A DNA stretch of 63,098 nucleotides, the filler included, from Intoshia linei (Eukaryota; Animalia; Orthonectida): NCBI GenBank assembly GCA_001642005.1. It is 6 parts of 6 records of this genome, joined end to end, with 100 filler letters (N's around TTAATTAATTAA, not from the genome) between each part and the next. Parts side by side here need not be neighbours in the genome. Positions count along the whole stretch, not along the records: positions 30,729 to 45,391 come from LWCA01000959.1; positions 45,492 to 55,541 come from LWCA01001305.1; 4 more parts are not named here. One strand, 5' to 3'. Of this stretch, positions 37,217-50,779 are shown one piece after another. How positions within the stretch are numbered: the stretch's first letter is position 1; every line of letters starts with the position of its first letter. A model generated the notes under the pieces. It was not told where the DNA came from. It saw only the letters and a list, made by a program, of their open reading frames with translations, and ran no database searches. The translations under genes were made by a program, and so were the position numbers.

Positions 37217-40200
37217 ATGTCGTTGTATCAAAGAAAAAAGGCTCAATTTTCAAAAAAGCGACAGGTATTTGAAATTTTTTCTTCTCTGATATAAACAATA
37301 GATCCTTCGCATGAAAAAAATATTAACAAGTACCTATGAATGCATCAAATTACGACACGTTAGACGTAATTAGTTTTATTAATTAACATGTTAACATTAT
37401 TATATAGTTATAAAATTGAAATTTATTATTATTTTATTTTAAGCATATTTTTAATCAATATTAAAATAGATATGGTCGAATCCTCCTTTGAACCACAAGG
37501 AGATTTTGAAATTTGGAGTATCATCATATTGTTTAGAAAAAAATATAATGAGAATGATGTTGTGGCATGGAAATTGGTTCAATGCCTTCATAAATTAATG
37601 TTGCATGGACATTCAAGAGTATATTTATTTTTCATGTTTTTGTAGTAATCATTTAAAATTTAGATGCGACGATTCAATGATTTTAGAATGGAAGAAATTA
37701 ACAAATTGCATAAAATTTGGGTAATTTAATTAACATGTAAATACGGTACATTTTGTAAGTTGATTGAAATTTAATTTGAATGGTAAAAATTAATTTCAAC
37801 GACTACCAAAGGAACATGTCTTTGATCAGACTGTCTGACAGACTACTAAAAACATCTAATAAAGAATGTATCAAATTTTTTACTTTTGTTTAAAACAGTT
37901 TTATTTATTCATCAACAGTTTGAGTAAGTATTAAAGCGGTTATAACATCTGTTTATCGATAATCTTTCTATTTAAGAATTTGACTTTGTTTTGTTTGTGT
38001 TTTTATCGGATTTTTTTCGTGCAATTCGGTAAATCTGTATTTTTTCGTTAAAGGTTGGTAAAACCGGAATTTCCCCTAAAGGGTTGGTAAAATTGGAATT
38101 TTCCTAATCCTTACTATAATTACTACGAATAAGTTATAATTGTCGTATACCAAGTTGGTATTACCAACAGCGAGCATCCCAAGAGCAAACAGAACTAAAA
38201 TTTATTATTTTGACCATATCAATATTAAATTAAGTTGAATTTGATTGAAAATTGCATATCAATGAAAAAAAATCCGAGGGAATCAATTTATGAGATTTCC
38301 ACCCATATTTTTTTATTAGAAATATGTAGACATTCAATGCACATTTTTTTTGAAATTGTAGGATGATTATAATCATTTACTTTGTCATTTGAAAAATATT
38401 GATTAATAATATATTAAAAATTATTTTTACCGGGAATCATTTTAAAACGTGTCCCAGAATGTATGTTTTATTAAACTTTTAGATTGATTAATTTTTTAAT
38501 AAAAAGGGGAAATTTGGTTTTTGACCTTGAAGGACTCTAATCCGGATACGGAAAAATGGATATAAACACTCTCTGGGAAAAACTGTACTAGAATTTGGGT
38601 TTTTTAAATTCTGAGACTGTCAGAGAGACATTCAATTTTATATAAGTAAAGGATTATTATTATTGTAAATATTATTAATATTTATAGGCTTGTGTTAAAA
38701 TTGGATATGGACCCATTATTTCAGTGTATAGTAAATATCTTTGTTTGAAAGCAAGTTTTCACTATATGGTACATTTTAATTTGATTTAATGTTGATTATA
38801 CAATTAATAGTATAATGAAGTTGACGGTGCATTCAATATAAATGATACAAATTTAAAAGTAATGTTTCAGAATTCGGCTGATTTTATGTAATTCATTTTT
38901 TTGCAATATGGTCCATTTTTTAATATGTAGTCACGACTAGTCATTGACAAGACTCAACTAGCAGAGTTAATTTTAACTTTAAAGTTATGCTTAATTATAT
39001 ATTTTGATTAATGATTAATATTAACAGTTCAAAGTAATTTTTTGTGATGGCATCATTTTATGAGTTTAGCGTTATGTTTATTAAATTTTTAATTTTAATA
39101 TCAATTAATTAAAAAAAAATGATGATATTGTCCTAAAATCGGCTTTCCTGAAATTTTATTTGTTTAAAATTTTTTCTAAACTGCTGTTACCCTTTGTCGC
39201 CAAAATCGAACTGGCCCTAAATTTTTTTAATTGACCCTATCTTATCGTTTGGTGGAGAGATTGTGCGTGGCCTTCATTTGGTACAGCCCGTGTCAGTTTT
39301 GATATAATCTGTTAAAAATATACATGTCGACCTCTTAAAGTGACCTTTATAGTTTATATATTTCATTATCTACATTATCAAAATATTTTACAACATAAAC
39401 CATTGATTCAAATGGACGTCTATTCTCTGGAGCGATATATTATAAAGTGGCATAATCATCGATTTTACCTACTGTAATTTATCCTATTACATGTATACAC
39501 TGCGTTCCAAGTTATTATGCAAACATTAAAAACATTAATAATTAAAAACTTGTCACTTAATTCTATTAATTTTTTTATCATAATTTAATCATTGATAATA
39601 TAAAATTTTACTGTGACAAAAAAATTTATCACGTTTCCAAAAAAGTATTCTATTTAACATTTTATATTTTTGGGTAATTTTTAGTGTGCCAAATTATTAT
39701 GCTAATCAAAATTTAGGATAATTATGGGTAAATCAACATCACTTAATGTTGATGAAAAGGATAAAATCCTGAAAATGTTAAATAAAATAATTTTTCGACA
39801 AAAATTTTGAAAAATCAATAATATGATTAATTAGCAAATCTATGATTATGTCGTTCTAACAATACATCGCTCAACTGAATGTTCGCCTTTCAAATGCAAT
39901 ATTTGGAAAAAAATTGATAATATAGTTAATGAAATATAGCCGTGTCAACCGTCCCACCAAAATTTATAAATGGTGATAACTTGAAAAATTGAAGTGATAG
40001 GAAAAAATAAATTAGACCACGTTAATCAGCGTATAAAACGTGTAGTCAGATAAGCAGCAAAATTGGTTTTAAAAATTTATTAAAATAATACAAGTTTATT
40101 TTACGTTTTTGGTCCCTTTAATTTGGTTTTTAACTAAAAATCGTTAAGAGTTTCGACTGCACATGATTCTTGTTATGGAAAATAACCTAATGTTTGATAA

Positions 40201-43200
40201 ATTTTAGTTTTGAATTTTTCGAAGCTGTGGCTAGATTACTGAATAGTTCCATAATCATAATGAATGCAATTTTACGAAAATCATTCGATATTAGTAGTTC
40301 ATTTGGAGAATACAGATTCATTACATTTCCAATTATTTATTTTATCGCTGAAGGCAGTAGTTTACATCGACTGACTCTTATTTCAATTTCTGAATTGCAT
40401 AAAAGTATTATTTTGAATATTTAAATTAAAATTTGATTTTTGTAAATTAGGATTAATTATAATTAATAATTAATTTTACAAGTATTATTTCTCAAATCTT
40501 ATTATTATATTGATATTATTATAATTTCAATTCTTCTAATCGAGAACCTTTGAGAACACTAGAGTTTGTACAGTTTTTTCTCTACTTCGCAAATGTTGGG
40601 AGTCCCAACTATGGACTACAATTGTAGACTAGAACTTGATATTTTGACACAACAGGGAATTTGGTGAAATAGAGAATCTATTTTAACACTAGAAACAATA
40701 TTTCTGTTTTTATTTTTATTATAAAAATTTTCATAATTTGGTTTGACATCCATCAATATAATTTAATGTTCCAAAAAAATTATGTCGAGTAGAGAATTGG
40801 TGAGCTACAGAACTGATGAATCTTAGAGAATATTGTAGATTGCACAATACCATTATTTATCTTTTATTTTCTCGTTTATAGTTGCTGACTTTTCAATGTT
40901 GGAAATTCAAAGAAACAATGCAAAATTATTACATGATAGGTAAAATTATCTAAATCTAAACGAAACCGTATTAATCCATCGAATTATTTGTCCAGAACAA
41001 ATAATCTGAGAAACCTGGTTTAAATAATGTTTAATTTTAGGCTCGACATTATACTATGTAAAGCCAGGACAGTAGAATATATTAAGAAATTTATATCAAT
41101 TCCCCACTTGGATGCAAGTTTAAATATCAATTTTAGAAATATCAAAAGTTTCTAACTTTTAATTTATCTAGGAAATACCAACGTTAACTACAAATTGGAG
41201 AGAACTGAAATTGTCGACTCCAGCCGAATTTTTCAAAGATGCTACTCATGTAATTTGAAAAATTTAGAATGTTTCATTTTTTAGCACTATGATGAGGAGT
41301 CTGATGATACTGTTGAAAATAACATACCTGAAAGTCCGGAAAGTCAAGAATTGCCGGAATTGGAATTGTATTTATAAGTGTTAAGTTTTGTTTTATGATA
41401 TTTGTATTTTAGATTATCTATTACACCAGAATCTTCACCCATTTCCCTTGCATCTTTTCATTCAAATAAAAATATAAATCAAGCTAACGAAGAAAAAATA
41501 GATAAACTCAATAAAATGGTATTTTTACATTTGAACGGATTTTTCAAAAAAATATTATAAAGTGGATTATCCACTTGAGGTTGGTGAATTTGAATTTTCT
41601 CTTTTGGACTTGGATTTAGAAGTGTTTTCTTTTTAATAATATTAATTTAATTCCTGAAATAATGCATTTATTTAGCGGTTAATTCCCGGTATATAGCGTG
41701 GGCCCCTTTGAGACCGACTGATCTAGATTCTAGAAGGGTTTTACTAAAGAGACAAAAAACTCAATAAAAAAAGAAAATAATTTAATCATATTTGATAGAT
41801 TGAATCTAAAGCATTTGAAATTTACAAATTAAACGAAAAAATTGAGTCTCATACAAAAACTATTCTAGACACACAGCAAAAATTGTCAAATGCGACAAAT
41901 GAAAATAAGAATCTCCTCGAAAAGGTTTTTTAATTTTAATTATTTTTATATTTACAATTTATTATGTTGACTGTTATGTACTACGTACAAACAGGACTTA
42001 ACTCTGCCGAGGGCTGACTTATCTAATTCTACCAAAAAAATAAATTCAATAATAAAATATTAATTAAAAATTCTACTCATTATTAACAATCATTTAAAGA
42101 AGTAATTCCTAAATTTGAATTTCACATTACCTTTTAATTTAAAATGAATAATTCCCACTTCATTTTATTTGATAAGCATTTTAAAAACAATTTTGTGATC
42201 CCATTTATTCAATTTATTACAGATAATGAGTGTATAATCTTAAAAGTTAAGCTAAAATTGTAAATCCTAAAAATTTTCAAAATAGCTTAAATTCGATAAA
42301 AAATAAAATTGTAAATAAACCTGTATATTCAGTAAGTTCTTTCGATGATTAAAAAATATTAATTTTGTATCAGTAATAATTAACGGAAGTAGCAATTTAA
42401 AAACACATTTCGGATGAATTTTACCAACATTGCAAACATTGCATTGTAATAAATACAAAAATGATAACAAAATTGTACTTTTAATTGCTATAGTTTTAAA
42501 ATAAATTTCGTTAAATTTTTTGAAAATGAGTATTTGAGAATGAAAAATTGCGTAGCAATTAAAAAAATTATATAGATTTTTACCAATATTTCTTTATTTG
42601 AAATGTGTAGACGTTCAATGCACATTTTTTTTTAAAATTGTAGGATGAATATTTACATTTTCAATTTTCATTTCAATCGAAATATTTGAAAAATATTGGT
42701 TGATAATATATTAAAATTATTTTTCACCGGGAATGCGTAGATTTCTGGGATTGAAATTTTGTATTTATATCAACTGAAATATGCTCTATCAGAATAATCT
42801 TTTTTTTTAATTTTCGAACCTTAAATTATTTCACATTTTTTGTTTTAATAAAATATTTCGGAAAAAAAATATATGAAAATTAAATGCTTTTTTTGACCGT
42901 GAAGTCGTCACTTAGTGGATTGAAATTTTCTGTGTGTGTTAATAGTATACAACTGTACCAATTGTAAATTTTTTTAAATTCTAGGGCTGTTTTCATTAAA
43001 AGAAAAGTGTAATTTGTGGTTTTGGTCCTGAAGATATATTTTTAAGTTTAAGATTATGATAATATTTATGATTTTAAAATCCGTATGGGAGTGTATATTT
43101 GATTGTTAGTCGAAATGGTTGGATTTAAATAGACACCTCTTAATATGATATACTTATGAATTATACATTAAAACGAACAATCCTATAAATTACTTAATAA

Positions 43201-43251
43201 ATTGCATAGATTCACAAAATGGAACTGGAAAGGAAATCTATTATAAATAAT
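37217..43251 (+). CDS. Divergent HIP1/HIP1R/Sla2-like ANTH-domain protein (many small exons, 3' end not resolved)
   Basis: KKILTSTYECIKLRHVR, VVAWKLVQCLHKLMLHGHSR, LHKIW|ACVKIGYGPIISVYSKYLCLKASFH and ARTVEYIKKFISIPHL resemble HIP1 ANTH motifs. Acidic/Pro-rich and coiled-coil-like exons follow. Confidence 0.7.
39498..39800 (+). mobile_element. Tc1-like element left end (IR/DR type)
   Basis: TA|CACTGCGTTCCAAGTTATTATGCAAA, with inner direct repeat TGTGCCAAATTATTATGCTAA at ~39684. Confidence 0.5.
41964..43100 (-). mobile_element. Helitron family copy with internal insert, in an intron of the ANTH gene
   Basis: TTGACTGTTATGTACTACGTACAAACAG...CTCTGCCGAGGG plus homologous internal blocks. Confidence 0.7.
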
Positions 43252-43595
43252 GGTATATTTCATACAGATACCGGAAAATTTTATTCGCGCGTGGAAATTA
43301 CAATTTTAGTTCATAATAGGTTGGTCGATGGCACGCTCGCGACGCAAATTGTTGACCTGCTGCATAAATTCATGCAGCTAATAAAAAAATTATTACAGTC
43401 AGACTTGTTGATAGTGAACCCTTTAGAATCTAAATTTATACACAGGAAACTGCTGCCCGCGGGCAAAATTTTGCTCTTTTTTAATTTTAGCTGAATTTTA
43501 TAAATATCGATTAGTATTTGAAATTTCATTTCAGTGAGAACTTCAACTTTATTCGTTTTTTTTTCACGCTTTTCAATATTGAAAATTCATTTAAC

Positions 43596-45152
43596 ATGTA
43601 TATGAAAGCGAAAAGGCAAAAGAAAAATGTATGTTTTAAGAGTCAATGGACAATAGATTATTTATTTATTCATTTTGAAGAAAAAGCGTTATGTCTGATA
43701 TGTAGACAAGCAATTGTTACTATAAAAAAATTTAACTTAGAACGTCATTATTGGGCACATCATTCTCAATTTTTTGAAATAAAAGGACAAGTACGTTTGA
43801 ATGAAATTGAGAAATTAAAAAATAGTCTAACAAAACAACAAGTATTTATGGAAGATTTGAGTACACAAAATAGTAAAATTGTTAGATCTAGCTGTGAAAT
43901 AAGTTCCATAATAGCAAAAAGGCTGGACCCATTCTCTGATGGTGATTTTATAAAAGAATGCTTGATTAAATCAGCTCAATTACTTGTACCCGATAAGATC
44001 GAATTGTTTAAAAATATTAGTTTATCCCGAAGAACAATATCAGATCGTATACATGAAATAGCATTAGATATTGAAACTTCATTAAAAGCTGTAGTTAATA
44101 GTTTTATTTATTATTCTTTAGCAATAGATGAAACAGTAGACATATCTAGCACAGCCCAGTTGGCTGTTTTTATAAGAGGCATTGATTCTAGTTTCCCTGT
44201 TACAGAAGAGCTATTGAATATAAAATCAATGCATGGAACTACGACGGGGCATGATTTTTTTACAAAAGTTAATTCTTTTATTGACGAGTATAAACTATCA
44301 TTGTTTAAATTAAGTGGTATTTCTACTGACGGTGCACCGTCTATGATTGGTGCTCACCGGGGACTTGTCGGTTTTATAAAAAAAGAACTAACTATTATAG
44401 GGTGTAATACGGATAATTTAATTGTATGCCATTGTATAATTCACTTGGAAAATCTCTGCACAATCTTTAAAAATGAAAAATGTAGTATCAACCACGACAA
44501 AGTGCATTAATTATATTAAAAATAATGGACTTAAACATAGACAATTTAAAACATTATTACTTGACCTTAAAGCAGATCATGGCAGTTTGATATATAATTG
44601 TGAAATACGGTGGCTTTCCAAAGGTTATATGTTAAAAAGATTTTTCCAACTCAGAAACGAATTGAAAGTATATCTCAATGACAAAAAATATCCTATTTTA
44701 GAATTAGGGGATGAAGAGTGGTTGTGTGATTTAGCTTTTCTAGTTGATATCAGCCAGCATTTAAATACACTAAATTTAACATTGCAAGGTCCAAACATTT
44801 TGATAAATTTACTCCTTACACACGTTAAGACATTTGAAGATATGTTAAAATTATTTATTGATCAGTTACATCAAGATGATACTACCCATTTTCCAACATT
44901 AAGAGAACAAAAGTCTACAAATGTAGAAAAATATTCCAAACTTTGTTCGAACCTTTACAGTGAATTTAAAAAACGATTTTTTCCTTTAAAAACGAAAGAA
45001 TCAGAATTCAAGATTTTTGAAACACCTTTTAATGTTTCCCCAGAAAACGCACCTGGACCATTACAACTTGAATTAATTTGTTTGCAGGCAGATAATAATT
45101 TAAAAGCACAATTTAACAATGTTTCCATTCTTAATTTTTATAATATATATTT
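43596..45152 (+). mobile_element. hAT transposase (GTF2IRD2/SPIN/Charlie-like) with one frameshift near 44460, C-terminus truncated by another TE
   Basis: BED-like CLIC...NLERHY..HH, YSLAIDETVD, STDGAPSMIG, HCIIH, EIRWLSKG, WLCDLAFLVDI. Confidence 0.92.
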
Positions 45153-45391
45153 ACAGTCAACCCTCTACTAAGTGAACATTTGAGTGTTCATGATCGTAAA
45201 AATAGTGAACAAAAAATTGATTTACTTAGTAACCGTAAAATTGAAGTTGATATTATAACAATCACAAATAAATAATAAACATTATTATAATAATTATATC
45301 AATTTATTTTTTTCTTTCTTTAGTAGAACCAAAGTAATCAGTTATTTTTGATGATCTTGCCAATTTTTCAGACTTTATTTCCTGCATTAAA
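45153..45391 (-). mobile_element. pogo/Tigger-like element 3' end inserted in the hAT transposase
   Basis: TA|CAGTCAACCCTCTACTAAGTGAAC TIR and minus-strand C-terminal peptide RSSKITDYF. Confidence 0.6.
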
Positions 45392-45491
45392 NNNNNNNNN
45401 NNNNNNNNNNNNNNNNNNNNNNNNNNNNNNNNNNNTTAATTAATTAANNNNNNNNNNNNNNNNNNNNNNNNNNNNNNNNNNNNNNNNNNNN

Positions 45492-47300
45492 AATATTCTA
45501 GGTTGCAGAGATGCATTAAAATTGGAAATATTAAACGTACGAAATTTAACCGAACATACATCTTTGAAAGCCATAGGGGTTTCTGAAATTAACATACTTG
45601 GACATGTTATAAATCAAGACGGAATCAAAATTGATGAATCAAGAGTAGGTATAATTGATGATATTAAGCCACCTAATACTCTTCGAAAATTACGACTGTT
45701 CCATTGGGATGTGTAACTTCTATAGACGTTTCATTGAAAAATCTGCGGATATATTTGAATCGATGATACATTTACCAAAAGAAGGACTTGATTTTGTTCT
45801 TGAATGCGATGCATCAAATGTGGGAATTGGATCAGTATTACTTCAAAATGGACCTATGGTAGAGTTCTTTAGTAAACAACTTACTGTTACAGAAAAGAAT
45901 TTCTCGCTGTTACTAAAAGTTTCGATAAATTTCGGACTTATGTTTTAGGTCGTTATGTAAAGGTAATTACCGATCATAACCATCTGGTGTATATGAGAAA
46001 ATCAAAAAACTTACTTGCTAAATTCATACGAGGTTTATTGAAGCTCGACGAATTTGATTAAAAAATACAATACCGACCTGGAAAATTAAACGTTACGGCT
46101 GATTTACTTTCCCGATTACCGGAAGACAATATTTTATCTATAAAATACTGTGGTCTTAATATAGAATTGATTCAAAATGATAAAGCCCTGAAGGAACTTT
46201 CAGTTAAAAATGAATTAGACCCTAAAAACAGCTGGTACAAGTTTAGAGACAAAATAATTATAAAAAATAACACATATTACCTAAATAACAATGAAAATTA
46301 TCTAATATTGGTACCGGATTCGCAGGCCAAAACAGTTATTAAATATTACCATAACTCTCTGACATTTGGGCATCATGGAATTTTAAAAACATACCAAAAC
46401 ATTAAGGCAAAATACTTTTGGCCTTTCATGTATAGAGATATTAAGGAATATATTAGCAAATGCAATACATGCAATGAAAATAAATTAATGAATAGGGCAA
46501 AAAATAATGCATTAAAAACTGTTCAAACGAGTAGGTTCAACAAATTGTGGTAAATAGATGTATTATGGCCATTACAAGTGACACAAAATTTGAATAAATA
46601 CGTAGTTGTCATGTGTGACCACTATTCTGGATGGGTTCAAGCAGCAGCTTTACCAGATATTACAGCCTCTACTCTAAATGATGCCATTCTTGAAAATATA
46701 ATTACCTTGTTTGGACCCCCTGAAGAAATTCACTTCGATTGCGCACAACAATTTGAAGGAGAAATTATATCAAAATTGTGTAAAATGTATGATAAAAACA
46801 AAACACATTCAGCACCGTACAATCACCAACAAAATGGACTTGTAGAAAGAATGAGAACTTTATCTGAACATAAAAATTGAGACACAATCCTTCCATATAT
46901 TTTAATGGAATTGCGATCAACGGTATCATCCAAAACAGGAGTTTCACCGTCTCTTGTAGTACTGGGTATGATATGTATTCTCACAATATAAAAGACCGTA
47001 TAACAATATTTGATCAAATTCAATATAATAAATCTATACATAACAAAAGAGTAAAACGTAACTTTGAAAAACATATTCAAAAATCAAAAAGTTATTTTAC
47101 TGAAAATTTTTCTCTTATCTCTCAAAGAAAATCAAAGCAAGAATCTATATACAAACTCCGCAATCGCAATGACTGCAGAAAACCTTCAAGATTCCTTATC
47201 GGGAAATAATTTGGTGATAAAGGTGTAATGTTACTACAGTAATATATTACTGTAAAGTTCTTATAACCAGAACTGTAGATTACATTATCGCTGTATAGCA
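45492..47300 (+). mobile_element. Ty3/Gypsy LTR retrotransposon pol relic (RT end, RNase H, integrase), heavily disrupted
   Basis: ILGHVI, GMCNFYRRFI, LECDASNVGIGSVLLQ, VITDH, YRPGKLNVTADLLSR, H...GHHG...C..C, SAPYNHQQNGLVER. Many stops and frameshifts. Confidence 0.9.
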
Positions 47301-47339
47301 TTATTTATTTGACTTTACAGAATTTACATTAATTTAGTA

Positions 47340-47490
47340 CTCTCTATCAAAACATTACACTCCTTCTTTAAAGGATTGATAATAGTGAATATTAGGATTT
47401 TAAACGTTAATTTATTTTGTTGGTAGAATAAAAATGTCGCCGCGGCAGAGCTAGGTGCTGTTTGTACGTAGTACATGACAGTCAACTTAG
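47340..47490 (+). mobile_element. Helitron family 3' fragment
   Basis: CGGCAGAGCTAGGTGCTGTTTGTACGTAGTACATGACAGTCAACTTAG. Confidence 0.7.
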
Positions 47491-47846
47491 AATTATAATG
47501 TTTCAAATTTCAATTCAATTATTTGATTATCATACATCATTTTAACAACCAATTTTAATTAAATTTGTTAACATTAAATAGTTATTTTTAATTATTTATA
47601 AATTATGGATTAATAAATGAAATTTAATTAAAATATTTGGTGATGTCGACGTCATTTTGAATATGACTATTTGATATTTTATTGTATTTTACAGAAAATT
47701 ACAAAATTCATCCACATTATGAAAATGAATTTTTGCCGGATCACTTGACAATTATTATAAGGTTTTCATTAATTTGATATTATATTATAGATGTTTTCAA
47801 TCTATAATTATTAGGGTGTCGCACTGATTAAAAGATCGAAAATTAT

Positions 47847-48590
47847 TGTAGTATACCTTGTCAATTTAAATTGATTAAGAGTATTTATTTATTTAAGTTT
47901 ATACAATAAGATTTCGGACGATAATCGAGTAAAGTAAAGGTTATAATAGTATAGTATTGGTTGCAGTACACCTCCTAGCCGATTATTTTGTATAGGTGAT
48001 TTTCAAAGATTTAAATGAAATGTATCCGTATTATTTATGTCCCTACGTTTCATTAATTGACATTTGGAGTATTCGTAGTGACTTAAGAGGTGACCTATCA
48101 CTATATAATTATCGGTGTCAGGTTTATAGAGGTTGAGTTTAATTTTAATAGTTTTAATGATGATGTTGACATTATTGATGTACAATTACGGTATTTTCTA
48201 TTTTATAAATGTTTTGAAATTTTGTAGTTTGATTTATAGATTGAATATCACCGTTTGTGTATCTTGCCGGAACATTTGTTTGACGTTTATTTAATTTACG
48301 ATACAGATATTGAGGCTTATATTTTATAGGGTTGGTTGATAAATACTCTTTGAAATTATTAGAAGTTTTATTTTCTACATTTTTATCGTAGTTATTTTTC
48401 ATCGTGGTTAGATATTCATCCGTATAATATTTGACCTTTTTGACCATAAATCATTTCTAAGGGAGAAAGTCCAGTACGTGAGGATGGGGATAGCCTTATA
48501 TATAGCACTATTTCTGCTAAATGCTTGTCCCAATTGTCTAATTCGGCTTTAGACAACATAAACTTTGCCATAGGGTTCTTTCTACTTTCC
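47847..48590 (-). mobile_element. Gypsy 3' relic: integrase C-terminus, PPT-like tract and short putative LTR (47847-47970)
   Basis: Minus-strand NWDKHLAEIVLYIRLSPSSRTGLSPLEMIYG, then GGCTAGGAGG followed by a TGT...ACA-bounded segment. Confidence 0.6.
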
Positions 48591-49149
48591 CGTTTTTATT
48601 GTATTACTTTCCCGAATTCTAATTTGATGTTAAGTTACTTTATTTATTGTTTACACATTATATTTGGTGTCTAATAAATCTACTGCCTTATTTAATTCAA
48701 AATAAATAAAGATTGTATCGATATGATTTAATTATGTTTTATTTCATCCAATATTTTTTTTGGACATGTGACTTATACATATATCTAAAATGTATATCTT
48801 TCTAGTATTATACAGATTTACGATCTTGTTAGTCATGTTTGTATTGAATTAAGTCATGTTTGCAATGAATATGGTTAATACAAAGATTCCATAATATACC
48901 AAAATTTATTAGATATTTTTTATTTAATAACCTTTTAAGTCGTTTTTATGAAGCACAAGTAAGAATAATATGACAATATATTCGTAAAAATTTATTTTCA
49001 TGATACATGACTTAATTGCATATTTTTCGATAATTATATTTTAAATTTTTAACATGATTAGCATTGCTATTATTACAGTTTATATAGATTTTAACTACGT
49101 ATTTAAGAATAATATAGCAAGTAAATGTTTAATAATTAATTAATCATTA

Positions 49150-49700
49150 ATAAGTTCATGTTGTTGTCATATTATCACAATGCATGGATAATATTTCATC
49201 AAATGAGTTGCATTTTTGTTTGGACACACGCCCTTTTAATAATATTCTTCCATACTGAGAACGTATTCTCGATTGAATTCAGAAATGGCGAATATGGTGG
49301 TAGGTAATTAAGATCGAGGGATAGATTTTGTATGGTTTCCGAACTGCCTTAAAAAGAAAATATAAAAAAATATATATAACAGTACCTTTATAATAGTGGA
49401 TTCATTGGCCATTATAAATATAGGATCGATAATACTTTACGCCAAACTTTTTTGTTTCAGCTCAATTAAACATTTTAAATTTTTAAGATTTACAGCTCTG
49501 TCATGGATCTATATATATACTGCATAACATAGTATACTATGGAATTCATATTATGCGTTGAATAAAATGTAAACAGAGTTAATTGGCTGTTTAGTCAGAA
49601 TTCGAGAAATTAAATTGTTAATAAAATCCAAAAATATTGAGCTAGGAACAAATTTAAAAAAATAAACTGTTTAACTAAACATGGAAAACAATATTATAAA
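49150..49700 (-). mobile_element. Tc1/IS630-like DDE transposase relic
   Basis: Minus-strand NYLPPYSPFLNSIENTFSVWK motif. Boundaries approximate. Confidence 0.65.
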
Positions 49701-50779
49701 GTCGGTACCACGTTTAAAAGCTAACACGCCAATTTCTGTTAAAATAAAGTTCAATTTTAATTTCTTCATAATATTTATAGTGATATTTCAAATGACAAAC
49801 GCAACTCGAATAGATAGTGTTAAATGTTGTTGATTGCGAAGTAGTTTTTCTATTTTAAAAATACACACTTGTAGTGCTAATTTCCCTTGATTCTTTGATG
49901 GGTGTGACACACTATTGACCATATTCATTGCAAACATGACTAACAAGATCGCGAATATCTATATATTTTATGTTTAGATCAACAAAAGGAGCGTTCATTG
50001 GTAGGATTGCTCGCAAAAATTTAAAAATTGCTAACTACAGATTAATTGTAAAAATCATTCTTCCTTTCTGGGTCAGAAAGGCAATATGTGTATCTTTTTA
50101 TTGTATAACTTTAAATATGTTCTATTTGTCACCTCTACTTTATCTAATTCAACGCTTCTCATAATGTTTGTGGCACCACTTATCAGCCACAGATTTCATT
50201 AAAAGTCCGCTAAATTTTTATATAGTACGTTTTATTACATTAGTAACTTAAAATTCGTTAGATTAACTCCTGTATAATATATTAGGTATAAATGTACTTC
50301 CATTAAATAGTCCTAATATTCTAATTTACTTAATTTAATCATATTTTAATTTTAGAATGGAATCAATCCGGAGATTAATTATGATTTTTATATAGAGCCA
50401 TTGTACCCTTATCCTTGTGATCCAAAATTGGATCAAATGTAATTTTATTCTGGTAGTAATTATTTTTTTATACCAAAAAATTGATTATTAGTTTATTACG
50501 CCGTCAATTAATTCATTTAATAGTATAATCGTATAACGTTTATGGTTAAAAAACGACCAATAATAGAAAAAGACTTTTTGATGTTCCGTTTTCTCAATAT
50601 TTCTATATAACATTAAAAAAAAAATTTAACAGTTACACTGTAAGACGTTGATATATAAATATACTAGTAGTATGGGAATTTCTCGTTTAGAAATGGTTCC
50701 ATTTCACAACCAGGTGAATTATGATTTGCCGGTCATAACCGGTAGATGACAGAAAAATTAATTTAACAATTATTACTTA

